Source of the DNA: Arcobacteraceae bacterium
GTDB lineage: Bacteria; Campylobacterota; Campylobacteria; Campylobacterales; Arcobacteraceae
Length of the DNA stretch: 64,000 nucleotides
Direction of reading: 5' to 3'
NCBI GenBank assembly: GCA_965224485.1
Contig: CBDCZH010000015.1
Coordinates: 384,001 to 448,000, forward strand
Within the stretch, counting starts at the first letter, position 1. Every line of letters starts with the position of its first letter. A program made the position numbers and the translations under genes. Below, piece after piece: positions 1 through 12,802 of the stretch. The notes under the pieces were generated by a model. That model searched no databases and was not told where the DNA came from. It saw only the letters and a program-made list of their open reading frames with translations.

Positions 1-1721
1 ATATCATAATATTTGCCTTTTTTAGCAAGTAAGGAAGCATGTGTTCCTTGCTCTTTTATTTTTCCATCTTGCATTACTAAAATTGAGCTTGCATGTGAAA
101 TGGTTGATAATCTATGAGCTATAACTATTACTGTTTTATTTATTATTAACTCATCTAAAGCATTTTGGACTGCAACTTCACTTTGTGTATCAAGAGCAGA
201 AGTAGGTTCATCAAGAATAACAATAGGAGAATCTTTGAGTATAGCTCTGGCTATGCTTATTCTTTGTTTCTCTCCACCACTTAGATTTCCACCAATCTCG
301 CCTACTTTTGTTTCATAAGCATTTGGAAGTTTCATTATAAACTCATGACAATATGCTTTTTTGGCTGCTATTTTAACTTCTTCTTCACTTGCACTTGATT
401 TTCCCATGCGAATATTATTTAAAATAGTATCATCAAATAAATACACATCTTGAAAAACTACAGAGATATAAGACATAAGTTGAACTTGAGTCATATTTTT
501 AATATTAACTCCTCCTATAAAAACATCTCCTAAACTTGGATCAGCATATCTCATTATAAGTTTTGTAATAGTAGTTTTTCCAGAACCACTAGCACCTACA
601 ATTGCACTTAAAGAATTTGACTTAATATGAAGAGAAACTCCATCTAAAGCTTTGTTATCATAATTCATATAATTAAAATCAACTTTATTAAATCTTACAT
701 CAAATTTTATAGGAGTTTTAAGAGGTTTATTTATTTCTAAATCTTTTTTACTTAATATATCTTGAATATATTTAAATCCAATTTCCATAACATCTAAAAC
801 ACTAGCAATTGCAAGAAAATTTGCTAAAGGTTCAGATAATCTTCCTAAAATAACTAGAAGTGCAACTAAAGATGCAATACTAATTGTTTCATCTACTATA
901 AATAAAGCACCTAAAGATAATACTAATAAAAATACAAACTCTATTAAAGTATTCATAATTGCTAAAGGAAAAATTGAAGAAAAAACACCACTTTTTTGAA
1001 CTTCTCTAGCTTTTTTTATAGATTTTTGTAAATTTTTAGCATTTAGTCCTACTTGATTAACTGCTCTTAAAACAGGTAAACCTTGTAAATACTCTATAGT
1101 ATCTGCTTCAAGAGTAGAAGCAACTTTTAGATTATTAGTTTTTTCTTTTTTTGCTTCACTACGACTCCATTTATAAATAGGAATGGATAAGAAAAAAGCA
1201 ATAAGCATAGCAAGAGCTAATTTTATATTTATAAAAAATGTTGCTAAAACAATAATTAAAGGTACAACTATTGCTTCAAGTCCCATACCTGCAACAACTC
1301 CCATATGCAATACTGATTGGTCTACATTTGAGGCTAAAATAGAGTTTAACTCACCTGTTCTGTACTTATTTAAAGCTTCTAAAGGCATAGTTTTAATTTT
1401 ATTGCCCAACTTTACTCTTAAGTCATGGGTGATATCTATTAAATCACTTGAATAATTAAAATTTAAAGCATACCAGTGAAAAGTTAAGGAGAAGAGAGTA
1501 GAAACAACTATTAGAGCAAAATATAAAAGTGCATCATTTAAAATAAAGACCTCACTAAACATAAAACTTAATAAAGGAAAAAACAATATAAAAGCTAATG
1601 CTCTAGTAATATAAGAGAGTATATAAAAAAGATAAGATCTTTTCAAAATACTTGCTTTATTTCCTGCAATTTTAGTTGTTATTTCATAACTTTTGGCAAA
1701 TGAAGATACTTCTTCTTTCAT
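1..1721 (-). CDS. ABC transporter ATP-binding/permease, YbtQ/IrtB-like; 3' end runs off the window
   Basis: Not in the ORF track. ATG at 1721 overlaps the upstream stop (ATGA) and reads MKEEVSSFAK. Contains Walker A GASGSGKTT, signature LSGGEKQR and ILDEPTS. Confidence 0.85.
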   Translation of the reverse strand, partial: MKEEVSSFAKSYEITTKIAGNKASILKRSYLFYILSYITRALAFILFFPLLSFMFSEVFILNDALLYFALIVVSTLFSLTFHWYALNFNYSSDLIDITHDLRVKLGNKIKTMPLEALNKYRTGELNSILASNVDQSVLHMGVVAGMGLEAIVVPLIIVLATFFINIKLALAMLIAFFLSIPIYKWSRSEAKKEKTNNLKVASTLEADTIEYLQGLPVLRAVNQVGLNAKNLQKSIKKAREVQKSGVFSSIFPLAIMNTLIEFVFLLVLSLGALFIVDETISIASLVALLVILGRLSEPLANFLAIASVLDVMEIGFKYIQDILSKKDLEINKPLKTPIKFDVRFNKVDFNYMNYDNKALDGVSLHIKSNSLSAIVGASGSGKTTITKLIMRYADPSLGDVFIGGVNIKNMTQVQLMSYISVVFQDVYLFDDTILNNIRMGKSSASEEEVKIAAKKAYCHEFIMKLPNAYETKVGEIGGNLSGGEKQRISIARAILKDSPIVILDEPTSALDTQSEVAVQNALDELIINKTVIVIAHRLSTISHASSILVMQDGKIKEQGTHASLLAKKGKYYD

Positions 1722-3505
1722 GATAATTTTTCCTTTGTCTCTAAGTTCCAGTTTTGTGCTTTTTCGTAATTACTCCAAAGATTATAATAAACTCTTTTAT
1801 TAGCTAAAAGCTCTTTATGCTTGCCACTTTCTATTATCTTCCCTTCATCAACAACAATAATTTTATCAACATCTTTTATAGTTGAAAGACGGTGAGCTAT
1901 AACAATAACTGTTTTATCTTTCATAAGATTTGATAAGGCTTTTATAATTTCTTCTTCATTTTGTGGGTCTGCAAAAGCTGTTGCTTCATCAAGAACTATA
2001 ATAGGATTATCTCTTAAAATAGTTCTAGCTATTGTAATTCTTTGTTTTTGCCCACCTGATAAATTTGCACCTCTCTCCCCAACTTGGGTATCGTAAGCAT
2101 TTTCTAGAGTCATTATAAAATCATGTATCTGTGCAGCACGTGCTGCTTTTATAACCTCTTCTTTACTTGCATTTGGATTTGCAATTTTTATATTATTTAA
2201 AATAGTATCAGCAAAAAGAAAAGTATCTTGAAATACAAAAGATACTATATTCATAAGTTCGTGGGATCTAATTTCTTTTATATTAATATCTCCTATATTA
2301 ATACTTCCACTATTTACATCCCAAAATCTAGGAATTAGTTTAGCAATTGTACTTTTTCCAGCTCCACTTGGACCTACAATTGCTACTGTGCTTTTAGGCT
2401 CTACTTTAAAACTGACATTATCTAAGGCATTTTTGCTAGTTTTATCATAAGTAAAAGATACATTTTTAAAAACAATAGACATCTCTTTTGGAAGCTTATT
2501 ATTTGAAGTTTGAAATAAAACTTCAGTATTTAAAACCTCTTGTATTCTTAAAGCTGAAACTTGTGATTTTTTAATAAAATTATTAAGCCACATAACAGGC
2601 ATTAGAGCATCTGCCATACCAGTGCTTAAAAATAGTGCCAAGATTAAAGATGATAATTCTAAAGTTCCATTATCTAAAAGATAAATTCCAGTTAATAAAA
2701 TAGCTAGTAAAGTACTTAAAGGAGTAAGAATAATCATTCCAAGTTTTGCACTCAGGCTTGTTTTTTCCATCCACGCCTTAAGATTTTTTTTATAAGAGAA
2801 TAAAGAATCTGTATATTTTTTAAATGATTCACTTCCATCATCAAAAGTACGAACAACTGGCATTGCTTGAGAGAATTCAATAACTGCCTTATTTATTTGG
2901 GCTTGACTTTGTTCATATTTAACTCGATAGCTAACAGAATCACGCATAGCAAAAAACATAATACTAGCCCCAAGAAGTAAAATTATAATACCTGCAAGAG
3001 CCAAGCGATAATCAACAATAAATAAAATCACCAAAGTGGAGGTAGGAGCAACAACACTTTTAGCTATCATAGGAATACTATCTGCTACAAAAGCATGAAG
3101 TGAACTTACATCATCTTTCATTACTTTTTTTAAAGCACCTGAACCAGTAGAGATAATATATCCTAAAGGAACATTAGCTAGATGTAAAGATAAATTAGTT
3201 CTTAATATTTCTTCTAATTTAAAAGATCCAAGATGAGAAACCATAAAAGAGCAAAGTCTTGTAGTAAAAGCTATGAGTGTAATAATTGAAAGAGAGATAA
3301 TAGTAGTTACTAAATCAAATTCTATATCAAAAAACTTTATAGGTTTTGCATCTAAAAGAGAAGATAAAGTAAAAGATAAAAGAGTTAAACCAAGTATCAA
3401 ACTTAGTGCACCAATGGCTGATAATAAGGTAGATATAAAAATTTCAAAACTAATGGGACGTAAAATAGCCCATAATCCTGTTTTTTGCTTTGTTTGTTTT
3501 GGCAT
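1718..3505 (-). CDS. ABC transporter ATP-binding/permease, YbtP/IrtA-like (siderophore importer type)
   Basis: TM domain plus GPSGAGKST, LSGGQKQR and LDEATAFADP; paired with a second half-transporter. Confidence 0.85.
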   Translation of the reverse strand: MPKQTKQKTGLWAILRPISFEIFISTLLSAIGALSLILGLTLLSFTLSSLLDAKPIKFFDIEFDLVTTIISLSIITLIAFTTRLCSFMVSHLGSFKLEEILRTNLSLHLANVPLGYIISTGSGALKKVMKDDVSSLHAFVADSIPMIAKSVVAPTSTLVILFIVDYRLALAGIIILLLGASIMFFAMRDSVSYRVKYEQSQAQINKAVIEFSQAMPVVRTFDDGSESFKKYTDSLFSYKKNLKAWMEKTSLSAKLGMIILTPLSTLLAILLTGIYLLDNGTLELSSLILALFLSTGMADALMPVMWLNNFIKKSQVSALRIQEVLNTEVLFQTSNNKLPKEMSIVFKNVSFTYDKTSKNALDNVSFKVEPKSTVAIVGPSGAGKSTIAKLIPRFWDVNSGSINIGDINIKEIRSHELMNIVSFVFQDTFLFADTILNNIKIANPNASKEEVIKAARAAQIHDFIMTLENAYDTQVGERGANLSGGQKQRITIARTILRDNPIIVLDEATAFADPQNEEEIIKALSNLMKDKTVIVIAHRLSTIKDVDKIIVVDEGKIIESGKHKELLANKRVYYNLWSNYEKAQNWNLETKEKLS

Positions 3506-3540
3506 ATATATTCCTAGTTTTTTCTAAACTTAGAGTATAT

Positions 3541-3567
3541 AGATATTGATAATTTTTATCAATATCT
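3541..3567. promoter_or_regulatory. Fur-box-like palindrome
   Basis: AGATATTGATAA-TTT-TTATCAATATCT, a perfect 12-bp inverted repeat with a TGATAAT core, just upstream of the YbtPQ-like genes. Confidence 0.7.
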
Positions 3568-3725
3568 TATTTATCATAAAAGGATTATCTTTTATTTAAA
3601 AAGGATTTAAAGACAAAAGTTTAATTTATTAACTAAAAAAATATAATTATAATAAAAAGAGCAAAAGAATTATTTTAGAAAGAATATGCACATTTAATAG
3701 ATTTTATAATGATTAATACTAGTAT

Positions 3726-3755
3726 AAAAGAAGTACTATTACTAATACTTCTTTT
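3726..3755 (-). terminator. Intrinsic terminator after pyk
   Basis: AAAAGAAGTA...TACTTCTTTT inverted repeat. Confidence 0.55.
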
Positions 3756-3773
3756 TCTTTACACTTTTATTTT

Positions 3774-5237
3774 CTACTTTGAAGTTTTTTTATTTTCTTT
3801 AAAATTTAAATAATATGCGATTTCACTCTCATTTAAAATCTTAATAGTATTTGTGCTTCCAGGCATTCCAACTGGATAACCAACAGTTGCAACATAAGGT
3901 CCTTTTTTATTTAAAATACCTTTTTCCTCTAAAGCTTTTAACATCTTATAAAACATTTTAGAAGCATGAGCTTCTTTAATAGTATCTATTGGAACAACAC
4001 CCCAAGCAAGGCAAAGTGAGTTTAAAACTGATTTTTTATGAGCAAAGGCTAAAATAGGAGTTTTTGGTCTATATCTCGACATTCTTACAGCACTTTGTCC
4101 TGAAGAAGTTAAAGCTAAAATTCCTTTTGCATTTATATCATCAGCTAATTTCGTAGCCGTTGCTTGAATTACATCAAAGGTATCTAAATAATTCATTTTA
4201 TACTGTTTTACATAATTATAAATCTCTTCTGTTTTTTTAATAATATTGCTCATAGTTTCAACAACATTAGCAGGATTTTCACCAATAGCACTCTCTTCAC
4301 TAAGCATAACTGCATCAGTTCCATCTAAAACAGCATTTGCAACATCTGAAATCTCAGCTCTTGTTGCTCTTTCATTTGTAGTCATTGATAAAAGCATTTG
4401 TGTTGCAGTAATAACTGGTTTTGAAGCTTCATTTGCTTTTTTGATAAGTTTCTTTTGAATTGTTGGTACATCATAATAAGGAACTTCAATTCCTAAATCT
4501 CCCCTTGCAACCATAAGTCCATCACTAGCTTCTAAAATTTCATCAATATTCTCAACAGCATCAAACTTTTCAATTTTTGCTATTAATTTACCCTTATACC
4601 CATTTAGAAGTTTTCTAGCATGTAACATATCTTCTTCATTTTGAACAAATGAAATTGCAAAATAGTCAACTTTATTTTCTACTCCCCAAGCTATATCTTT
4701 TTCATCTTTTTTTGTAATTACATTAATATCAATTACTGTATTTGGAAAATTTATTCCTTTTCTTGAACTTAAAATTCCATGATTTTCTATTCTTGCAACA
4801 ATGTCTTTACCAGTTTTAATAACTTTGGCTCTAATTGTTCCATCATATAAATATATATACTCATTTTTCTTGACTTTTTGTATAAGTTCTGGATAATTTA
4901 TTGAAACAATATATTTATTATTTTCTTTTTTATATCCTAAAATTTCATCTTTTACAAAAGTTATTTCATCACCCTTATGTAAATCAAAGTTCTCTTTTAA
5001 ATCTCCAATTCTTACTTTTGGCCCTGAAATATCTTGTAAAACTCCAACATTAGTATTTAGATTTTGCATAGCTGTTCTAATATTTTGTAAGGTATTTGAA
5101 TGATATTCATGAGTTCCATGAGAGAAGTTTAATCTAAAAATATTAGCCCCTGCTTTTATTAAAGACTCTATTATTTCTACTGTTTCACTCGCTGGTCCTA
5201 GTGTTGCTAAAATTTTTGTTCTTTTATCCATTAGCAT
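3774..5237 (-). CDS. pyk: Pyruvate kinase
   Basis: KRTKILATLGPAS, RLNFSHG, MVARGDLG, TRAE.SDVANA motifs. Confidence 0.97.
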   Translation of the reverse strand: MLMDKRTKILATLGPASETVEIIESLIKAGANIFRLNFSHGTHEYHSNTLQNIRTAMQNLNTNVGVLQDISGPKVRIGDLKENFDLHKGDEITFVKDEILGYKKENNKYIVSINYPELIQKVKKNEYIYLYDGTIRAKVIKTGKDIVARIENHGILSSRKGINFPNTVIDINVITKKDEKDIAWGVENKVDYFAISFVQNEEDMLHARKLLNGYKGKLIAKIEKFDAVENIDEILEASDGLMVARGDLGIEVPYYDVPTIQKKLIKKANEASKPVITATQMLLSMTTNERATRAEISDVANAVLDGTDAVMLSEESAIGENPANVVETMSNIIKKTEEIYNYVKQYKMNYLDTFDVIQATATKLADDINAKGILALTSSGQSAVRMSRYRPKTPILAFAHKKSVLNSLCLAWGVVPIDTIKEAHASKMFYKMLKALEEKGILNKKGPYVATVGYPVGMPGSTNTIKILNESEIAYYLNFKENKKTSK

Positions 5238-5298
5238 TTCCTTTTAAATTTAATTATTTTATTTATTATATCTAAAATCATTACAATTTAGTTACACA

Positions 5299-5325
5299 GC
5301 AATAATTGTAATTCACAATTATTGC
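5299..5325. promoter_or_regulatory. Palindromic operator candidate between divergent pyk and OmpA-family gene
   Basis: GCAATAATTGT-N5-ACAATTATTGC perfect inverted repeat, upstream of an extended -10 (TGTTATAAT, 5336-5344). Confidence 0.55.
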
Positions 5326-5368
5326 ACTACTTTAATGTTATAATTTTTTATAAATAAAAGGATAGAAA

Positions 5369-6109
5369 ATGCTTAAAAATAGATATATAAAACAAATATT
5401 ATCAATAATTTTACTTTCAAGTATGTTAGTTTCATGTGCAAGTACAAATGCACAAAATCAACCTATAAGAGATAAACAAACAAATAATACCCAACAAGGT
5501 GCAATTATTGGTGCCTTTGTAGGTGCTCTTATAGGAATAGCTTCAAAAGGTAAGAATAAAGGCAAAAGAGTCTTATTAGGTGGTGCTTTAGGCGCAGCTA
5601 TTGGAGGAGGTATTGGATATAGTATGGACAAACAAGCTGAAGAATTAGCAGTACAATTAGATAGTAAGGTTGATAATTCGCCACAAGCTTTATTAGATCC
5701 AAGCAACGATTTAATTATTTCAAATACCAATTCTTATGTAAAAATAACGTTAAGACAAAGTATGATGTTTAAAACAAACTCTTTTATCCCTACAAAAAAT
5801 GCAGCTTTAAAAATAGATAAGATTTCAACAGTTTTAAGAAGGTACCCAAATACTATAGTACAAGTTGTTGGATTTACTGATAGCAGAGGAACGTATGAAT
5901 ATAATCAAATATTATCAGAAAAAAGAGCAGCTAGTGTTGGTGATATTATTTATAACTCAGGAATAAATAATCAAGTTTTTTCAAAAGGTTGCTCTTATAA
6001 TAATCCAATTATTGTAAATACAAGTAAAAAAAATATGGCATTAAATAGAAGGGTTGAGATATATTTATATCAAAGTGAAGCTAATATTATTGATGCTTGT
6101 TCTAATTAA
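5369..6109 (+). CDS. OmpA-family lipoprotein with glycine zipper (YiaD-like)
   Basis: Lipobox LVSC, glycine-zipper segment, GFTDSRG...N..LS..RA and NRRVEI. Confidence 0.9.
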   Translation: MLKNRYIKQILSIILLSSMLVSCASTNAQNQPIRDKQTNNTQQGAIIGAFVGALIGIASKGKNKGKRVLLGGALGAAIGGGIGYSMDKQAEELAVQLDSKVDNSPQALLDPSNDLIISNTNSYVKITLRQSMMFKTNSFIPTKNAALKIDKISTVLRRYPNTIVQVVGFTDSRGTYEYNQILSEKRAASVGDIIYNSGINNQVFSKGCSYNNPIIVNTSKKNMALNRRVEIYLYQSEANIIDACSN

Positions 6110-6117
6110 AGAGTATT

Positions 6118-7162
6118 TTGTTAAAATATTTTATGAATAAAAATACTCTAAGATTTGATATATATTTTGATACTTGGTTATATGGTAAAGATGCTTATTA
6201 TAGTACTTTCAAAAACATAGGAAAAGAAGGAGATTTTTATACTTCTGTTTCTACTTCTTCTTTTTTTGGAGGAAGTATTGCTAATAATATAATTCATAGT
6301 ATAAAAACTTCAAAATTAAAAGAAAATACTACTATTGTCGAAATAGGAGCCCATAAAGGATATTTATTAGCTGATATTATTCAATTTATTTATACCATAG
6401 AACCAGAACTTCTAAAAACTCTAAATTTTGCAATTGTGGAGAAGTTTAAAGACTTAAGAGAAAAACAAAAAGAATATATAAAAGATAGTTTTGGTGATCT
6501 TATAAATATTACTTTTTATGAAGATATAAAAGATCTTAAAATTAATAATGCTTATATTATTGCAAATGAAATCTTTGATGCTTTTGCTTGCGATCTAGTT
6601 TATACAAAAGATAATATTTTACACTTAGCTTATGTAAATAATCATAAGATTATTTTTGAAGAGTGTAAGGATAAAAAAATACTTGATTTTTGTAAAAAGT
6701 ATAAGATTACAAAAGGTGAAGTTTGTTTAAAATATGAAGATTTTATAAAAAGTTTATATGAAAATATAAATAAATTTATTTTTATAAGTTTTGATTATGG
6801 AAACAAATATCCTAGAAATGATTTCTCACTTAGAATTTATGAGAATCATAAAGTTTATCCTTTTTTTCCAAGATAACTTGAATATAGAAAAACTATATAA
6901 GAACTCTGATATTACTTATGATGTTACATTTTTAATCACTTACTTGATACTTTTAATCTCTATAAAAATATCAAAACTAAGTTTTGTACACAAATGTCTG
7001 CTTTAATTGATTTTAAAATACTTGATTTATTAGAATTATTAAGAGATAAAACTAATGAAACAACATATTCAAAAGAAGTACAAAAAGTAAAAATTCTTTT
7101 AGAAGCTGGTGGTATGGGGAGATAGATTTAAGATGATTGAAGTTAGGAAAAATATATCTTAA
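6118..7162 (+). CDS. SAM-dependent methyltransferase, MidA/NDUFAF7 family; frameshifted in this sequence
   Basis: IGKEGDFYTS, EIGA, ANEIFDAF, DITYDV and C-terminal GMGDRFK across frames; indels near 6865, 6930 and 7117. Confidence 0.8.
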
Positions 7163-7195
7163 CAGTAATAAAACTACATAAACTTGAGTTAAATT

Positions 7196-7564
7196 TTATT
7201 TAATCTCAAGATTATTATACTCTTCATCCGTAAAAATTCTAGAAACTGTAATAAACTGATAAGACAAATCAATTTCAAGTGAAAAAGAGTTTCCAAAAGC
7301 AGTCTCTTTTTTAACATCAATAGTAATATGAGAATGTTTAAAATACTCAAACTGATCTTTATCTATAAAAAACTCGATACCTGAAATTTCACCTAATTTA
7401 ACATTTTTAGAAGGAACATGGAAATCAGATTTTTTATAACACATAGGAGCTGTTCCATCACAACAACCTCCACTTTGATTAAAAACCAAAGCACCATGTT
7501 CTTTTTTTAAAAGTTCTAACACAGAAGCTGCTTTAGGTGTAATATCTAGACGTTTAGTAAACAT
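7196..7564 (-). CDS. DUF779 family protein (aldehyde-dehydrogenase associated)
   Basis: QSGGCCDGTAPMCY motif; lies downstream of the aldehyde dehydrogenase. Confidence 0.9.
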   Translation of the reverse strand: MFTKRLDITPKAASVLELLKKEHGALVFNQSGGCCDGTAPMCYKKSDFHVPSKNVKLGEISGIEFFIDKDQFEYFKHSHITIDVKKETAFGNSFSLEIDLSYQFITVSRIFTDEEYNNLEIK

Positions 7565-7585
7565 AGAAGTCCTTTTTTATTATAC

Positions 7586-7617
7586 ATTTTACATATTTTA
7601 TATAGCTAAATACTAAC
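7586..7617 (-). promoter_or_regulatory. Regulon promoter (degenerate upstream half-site) for DUF779 gene
   Basis: Sense strand GTTAGT-N5-GCTATA-N9-TAAAAT. Confidence 0.55.
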
Positions 7618-7623
7618 AAAAAA

Positions 7624-7652
7624 AATGCATAGAAGAAAATCTTCTATGCATT
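7624..7652 (-). terminator. Intrinsic terminator after the aldehyde dehydrogenase
   Basis: AATGCATAGAAG-AAAAT-CTTCTATGCATT, followed by a T-run on the minus strand. Confidence 0.8.
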
Positions 7653-7673
7653 AATATCTTTTTTAAAGAAATT

Positions 7674-9182
<1,509 letters not shown>

Positions 9183-9249
9183 TTCTTATCCTTAATTTTA
9201 ATGTAGAAATAATTAAACAAATAATCTTGTTAATCTTTCGATAGTCAAA

Positions 9250-9281
9250 ATCTTACAGATATTTTATAGCCTCAATATAGC
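9250..9281 (-). promoter_or_regulatory. Regulon promoter for aldehyde dehydrogenase
   Basis: Sense strand GCTATA-TTGAG-GCTATA-N9-TAAGAT. A second site (GCTATG-N5-GCTACT) lies at 9343-9359. Confidence 0.8.
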
Positions 9282-9417
9282 AATAAAAAAAGTTTTATGT
9301 ACTTAAGTAAATTTATTGCTCTAAAGCTTATAGATAAGCAATAGTAGCAAGAACATAGCATTAGAAATTTGTCTTTTTTTATATAAATAACCTTTAGAAT
9401 TGTGTTACACTTTTCTT

Positions 9418-11325
9418 ATGAAAACATATAATTACACTTTTGTAAATAATCATTTTAAAAAGAGATAGACTATTCACTCTTTAAAAACAAAAAGAATATT
9501 TTAATACAAATATTTTGTGGACAAAATGAAAGTACCTTACAATACCTAAGTAATATCTTACTAGAAAACCTTCCTTTAGCTATTTGTATAGGAACAACAA
9601 CTGATGGAGAAATAAAAGAAGATAAGGTATCAAAGTTAAAAACTATTATATCTATTAGCATTTTTGAGAAAACTACTTTAAAAATAGCAATGATTGAAGG
9701 AAAAGATTCATTTCAAAATGGCTTTTTACTTGCAAAAGAATTAATATCACACAATACTAAACTACTTATTACTTTTACAGATGCAATTATACAAATGCAG
9801 AAGAATATTTAAAAGGAATAGCTAAATTTAACTCTTCTATTATGGTAGCAGGAGGAATGGCTGGAGATAATGGAGCTTTTAAACAAACTTTTATTTCAGC
9901 CTCAACTAAACTAAGTTCTTGTGGAGCTGTTTGTGTTGCTTTGAATTCAGACAGTTTAGAAGTAACAAATGATTATAATTTGATTGGGCTCCTATAGGTT
10001 TAGAGCATGTTATAAATGAGGTTAAAGATAATAGAATTTATTCAATTTCAGGCATGACACCTGTTGATTTTTACAAAAAATATCTAGGAAATTGTGTTTC
10101 TCAAACAGAATTTCCTTTAATAATCAAAAAGAATGGTATTTCAACAGCAAGAGCAGTTTTATCAAAACATTCCTGATGGAAGTTTTTCTTGTGGAGGGAA
10201 TTTAAAAAATGGAGATATCGTTAGAATTGGATTTGGTGATGTTCACTGCATTAATGCAAGAACCACTAAAAGGATTAGAAAAAATTTGCGCAGTTAAAAG
10301 TGAAACATTTTTTATCTATTCTTGTATGGCAAGAAGAAGATTTTTACAAGATTTAATAAGACTTGAAATAGAACCTTTTGCTAAAACTGCTACAACATCA
10401 GGTTTTTTTACCTACTCAGAGTTCTACACATAATGAAAGTTCTTGTGAATATTCTAACGAGCTATTAAATCAAAGTTTTACTATAGTTTCATTAAATGAG
10501 AATTGTGAAAAAAATGCTAAATCAATTAATGATACAATATTAAAAGAAATTAACCATGAAAAAAACTCTTATCCCTAAAACTATTCAAGCTCTAACAAAC
10601 TTGATTCAACAAAGTGCTCTTGATTATGATAAACAATCTCATACTTTGCAAGAGCAAAAAAACTATTCAAATAACTTAGTAAAAAATCAAAGAATGTTTT
10701 TACGGCATGCAGTACATGAAACAAATACTCCTTTATCTGTAATTATGTCGAATATAGAACTTCATGAAATGAGAATTTGGTAAAAGTGAGTACTTATCAA
10801 ATATTGAAGTTGCTTTAAAAAATATTTTCTCAATTTATGATGATTTATCATATTTAATTAAAAAAAATCACATACGTTATCCCTTAGAAAATATTGATTT
10901 AGTTGATTTTATAAGAAGCAGAATTGATTTTTTCTCAAAAATGGCAAAACAGATGAAATCAAAGTTTATTTTGAGGTAAATGCTCCTTATATGGAGATTT
11001 ATTTTAGTGAAACAAAATTACAAAGAATTATTGATAATAATCTTACAAATGCTATAAAATATACTTATGAAGGTGAAGATATCCATGTTCGTTTACAGCA
11101 AATTAATAAAAGTTTTAAATTCTTTGTTTCAAGCCATTCAAAGAAAATTCAAACACACTGAAAAAATATTCGAAGAGTATTATAGAGAAGAAAAATCACA
11201 AGAAGGTTTTGGATTAGGTTTAAATTTAGTTAAACGTATTTGTGATGAAGAAGGAATTATAATAAAAGTTGACTCAGATGAAGAAGACTACTTGTTTTAC
11301 TTATACTTTTAAAGGGAAATTATGA
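9418..11325 (+). CDS. FIST-domain sensor histidine kinase; frameshifted in this sequence
   Basis: ATG 9418 MKTYNY; FIST-like motifs IGTTTDGEI, AGGMAGDN and YSCMARR; HisKA HETNTPL; NNLTNAIKY; GFGLGL. The end is inferred from an ATGA overlap with the regulator. Confidence 0.8.
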
Positions 11326-11985
11326 AAATTTTATTATTAGAAGATGATGTAATGCTAAATAAAGCGATTACTAAATACCTAGAAACCACGGGTCATAGTG
11401 TGAAATATGCAAAAGATGGTAATACGTGTTTAGAAATATTAGATAAACAAAAAGTTTGATCTTTTAATTTTTGATATAAATGTACCAGATATTGATGGTT
11501 TAAGTATTTTAGAAAAATTACATGAGCAAAAAAGAATGGTTCCCCACAATTTTTATATCAGCACTTATTGATATAGAAGATATAGAAAGAGCATTTGAAA
11601 TAGGATGTCATGATTATTTGAAAAAGCCCTTTCATTTAAGAGAATTAACCTTAAGAATTGATAAAATACTAAAAACGAGGACAAGTTCCCATGAGCCATA
11701 AAAGGCTCTCAAAAGCATATAGTTTTGATTAGTGAAAATATGACCTTATATTTTAACAATGAACCACAAATCTTACCAAAAAGACAGTTACAAATAATAG
11801 AATTATTAAGTAATAATAGAAGTTTAGTTTGTAATTATGATATGTTTAGAGATTATGTTTGGAATGATGATTATATAGATAATGCTACAATTAGAGCAGA
11901 AATAAACAGAGTAAAGAAAGTTTTAAAAGAAGATTTCATATCAAACATCAGAGGTATAGGATATATGGTTGAAAGACCACAATGA
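11322..11985 (+). CDS. OmpR/PhoB-family response regulator; frameshifted in this sequence
   Basis: MKILLLEDD, DINVPDIDG, DYLKKPF and winged-helix C-terminus ISNIRGIGY. Confidence 0.85.
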
Positions 11986-11990
11986 TTTTT

Positions 11991-12025
11991 AGTTGATGGT
12001 TTGTGGGTAATGGTTGATAGTTATA
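11991..12025. repeat. Degenerate 7-bp tandem array
   Basis: AGTTGAT GGTTTGT GGGTAAT GGTTGAT AGTTATA. Confidence 0.45.
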
Positions 12026-12048
12026 ATAAAAAGAATCAAAGGTAGAAA

Positions 12049-12682
12049 ATGGATATTGATACAATTTTAATTTATACTTTGGTCTCATTTTTTTATTATA
12101 ATAAGCCCAGGTCCTGCTGTATTTTTAGCACTAAACAATGGTCTTACCTATGATATGAAAGCAGTATCTTTTTCTTCTTTAGGAAATATATCTGGTCTTT
12201 TTTTATTATCAAGTATTTCAATATCTGGACTTGGAGCTATATTAATAAGTTCATCTTTTTTATTTACCATTGTAAAAATAATTGGAGCACTTTATTTAAT
12301 ATATTTAGGTATAAAACAATTTATTAATGCAAAACATCAAAGTTTAAAAACAAAACAAAATTTAAAAAGTAAAAAAAACTCACATTTTTTTATTGAATCT
12401 TTTTTTATTGCCAGTACAAATCCAAAACCAATAATATTTTTTATTGCATTTTTTCCACAATTTTTGAATTTAAAAAGTGCGATTTTACCTCAATTTTTAA
12501 TCATGACCTTTATTTTTATGTTTATCTCTTTCTTTTCACTACTTGCTTATGGATATATCTCTAAAAATACAAAACGTTACTTTAAAAATGATAAAAATAT
12601 TTCTTATTTTCATAAAATAACTGGAGGCATTTTTATAGGAATGGGATTAATGTTACTAAGGTTAAATAATTCACAAAATTAA
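12049..12682 (+). CDS. LysE/RhtB family exporter; one frameshift near 12090-12100
   Basis: ATG 12049, ISPGPA, GALYLIYLG and TNPKPIIFF motifs. Confidence 0.85.
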
Positions 12683-12802
12683 AAATACTTCTTTTTTAAT
12701 AATCAAAATCAATGTAAGAATAAAAATTAAAGTAAAAGTAAAACAAATATAAAAGAAAATCTTATGTATACTTCATAAAATAATAAATTCTAAGGAAAAC
12801 AA

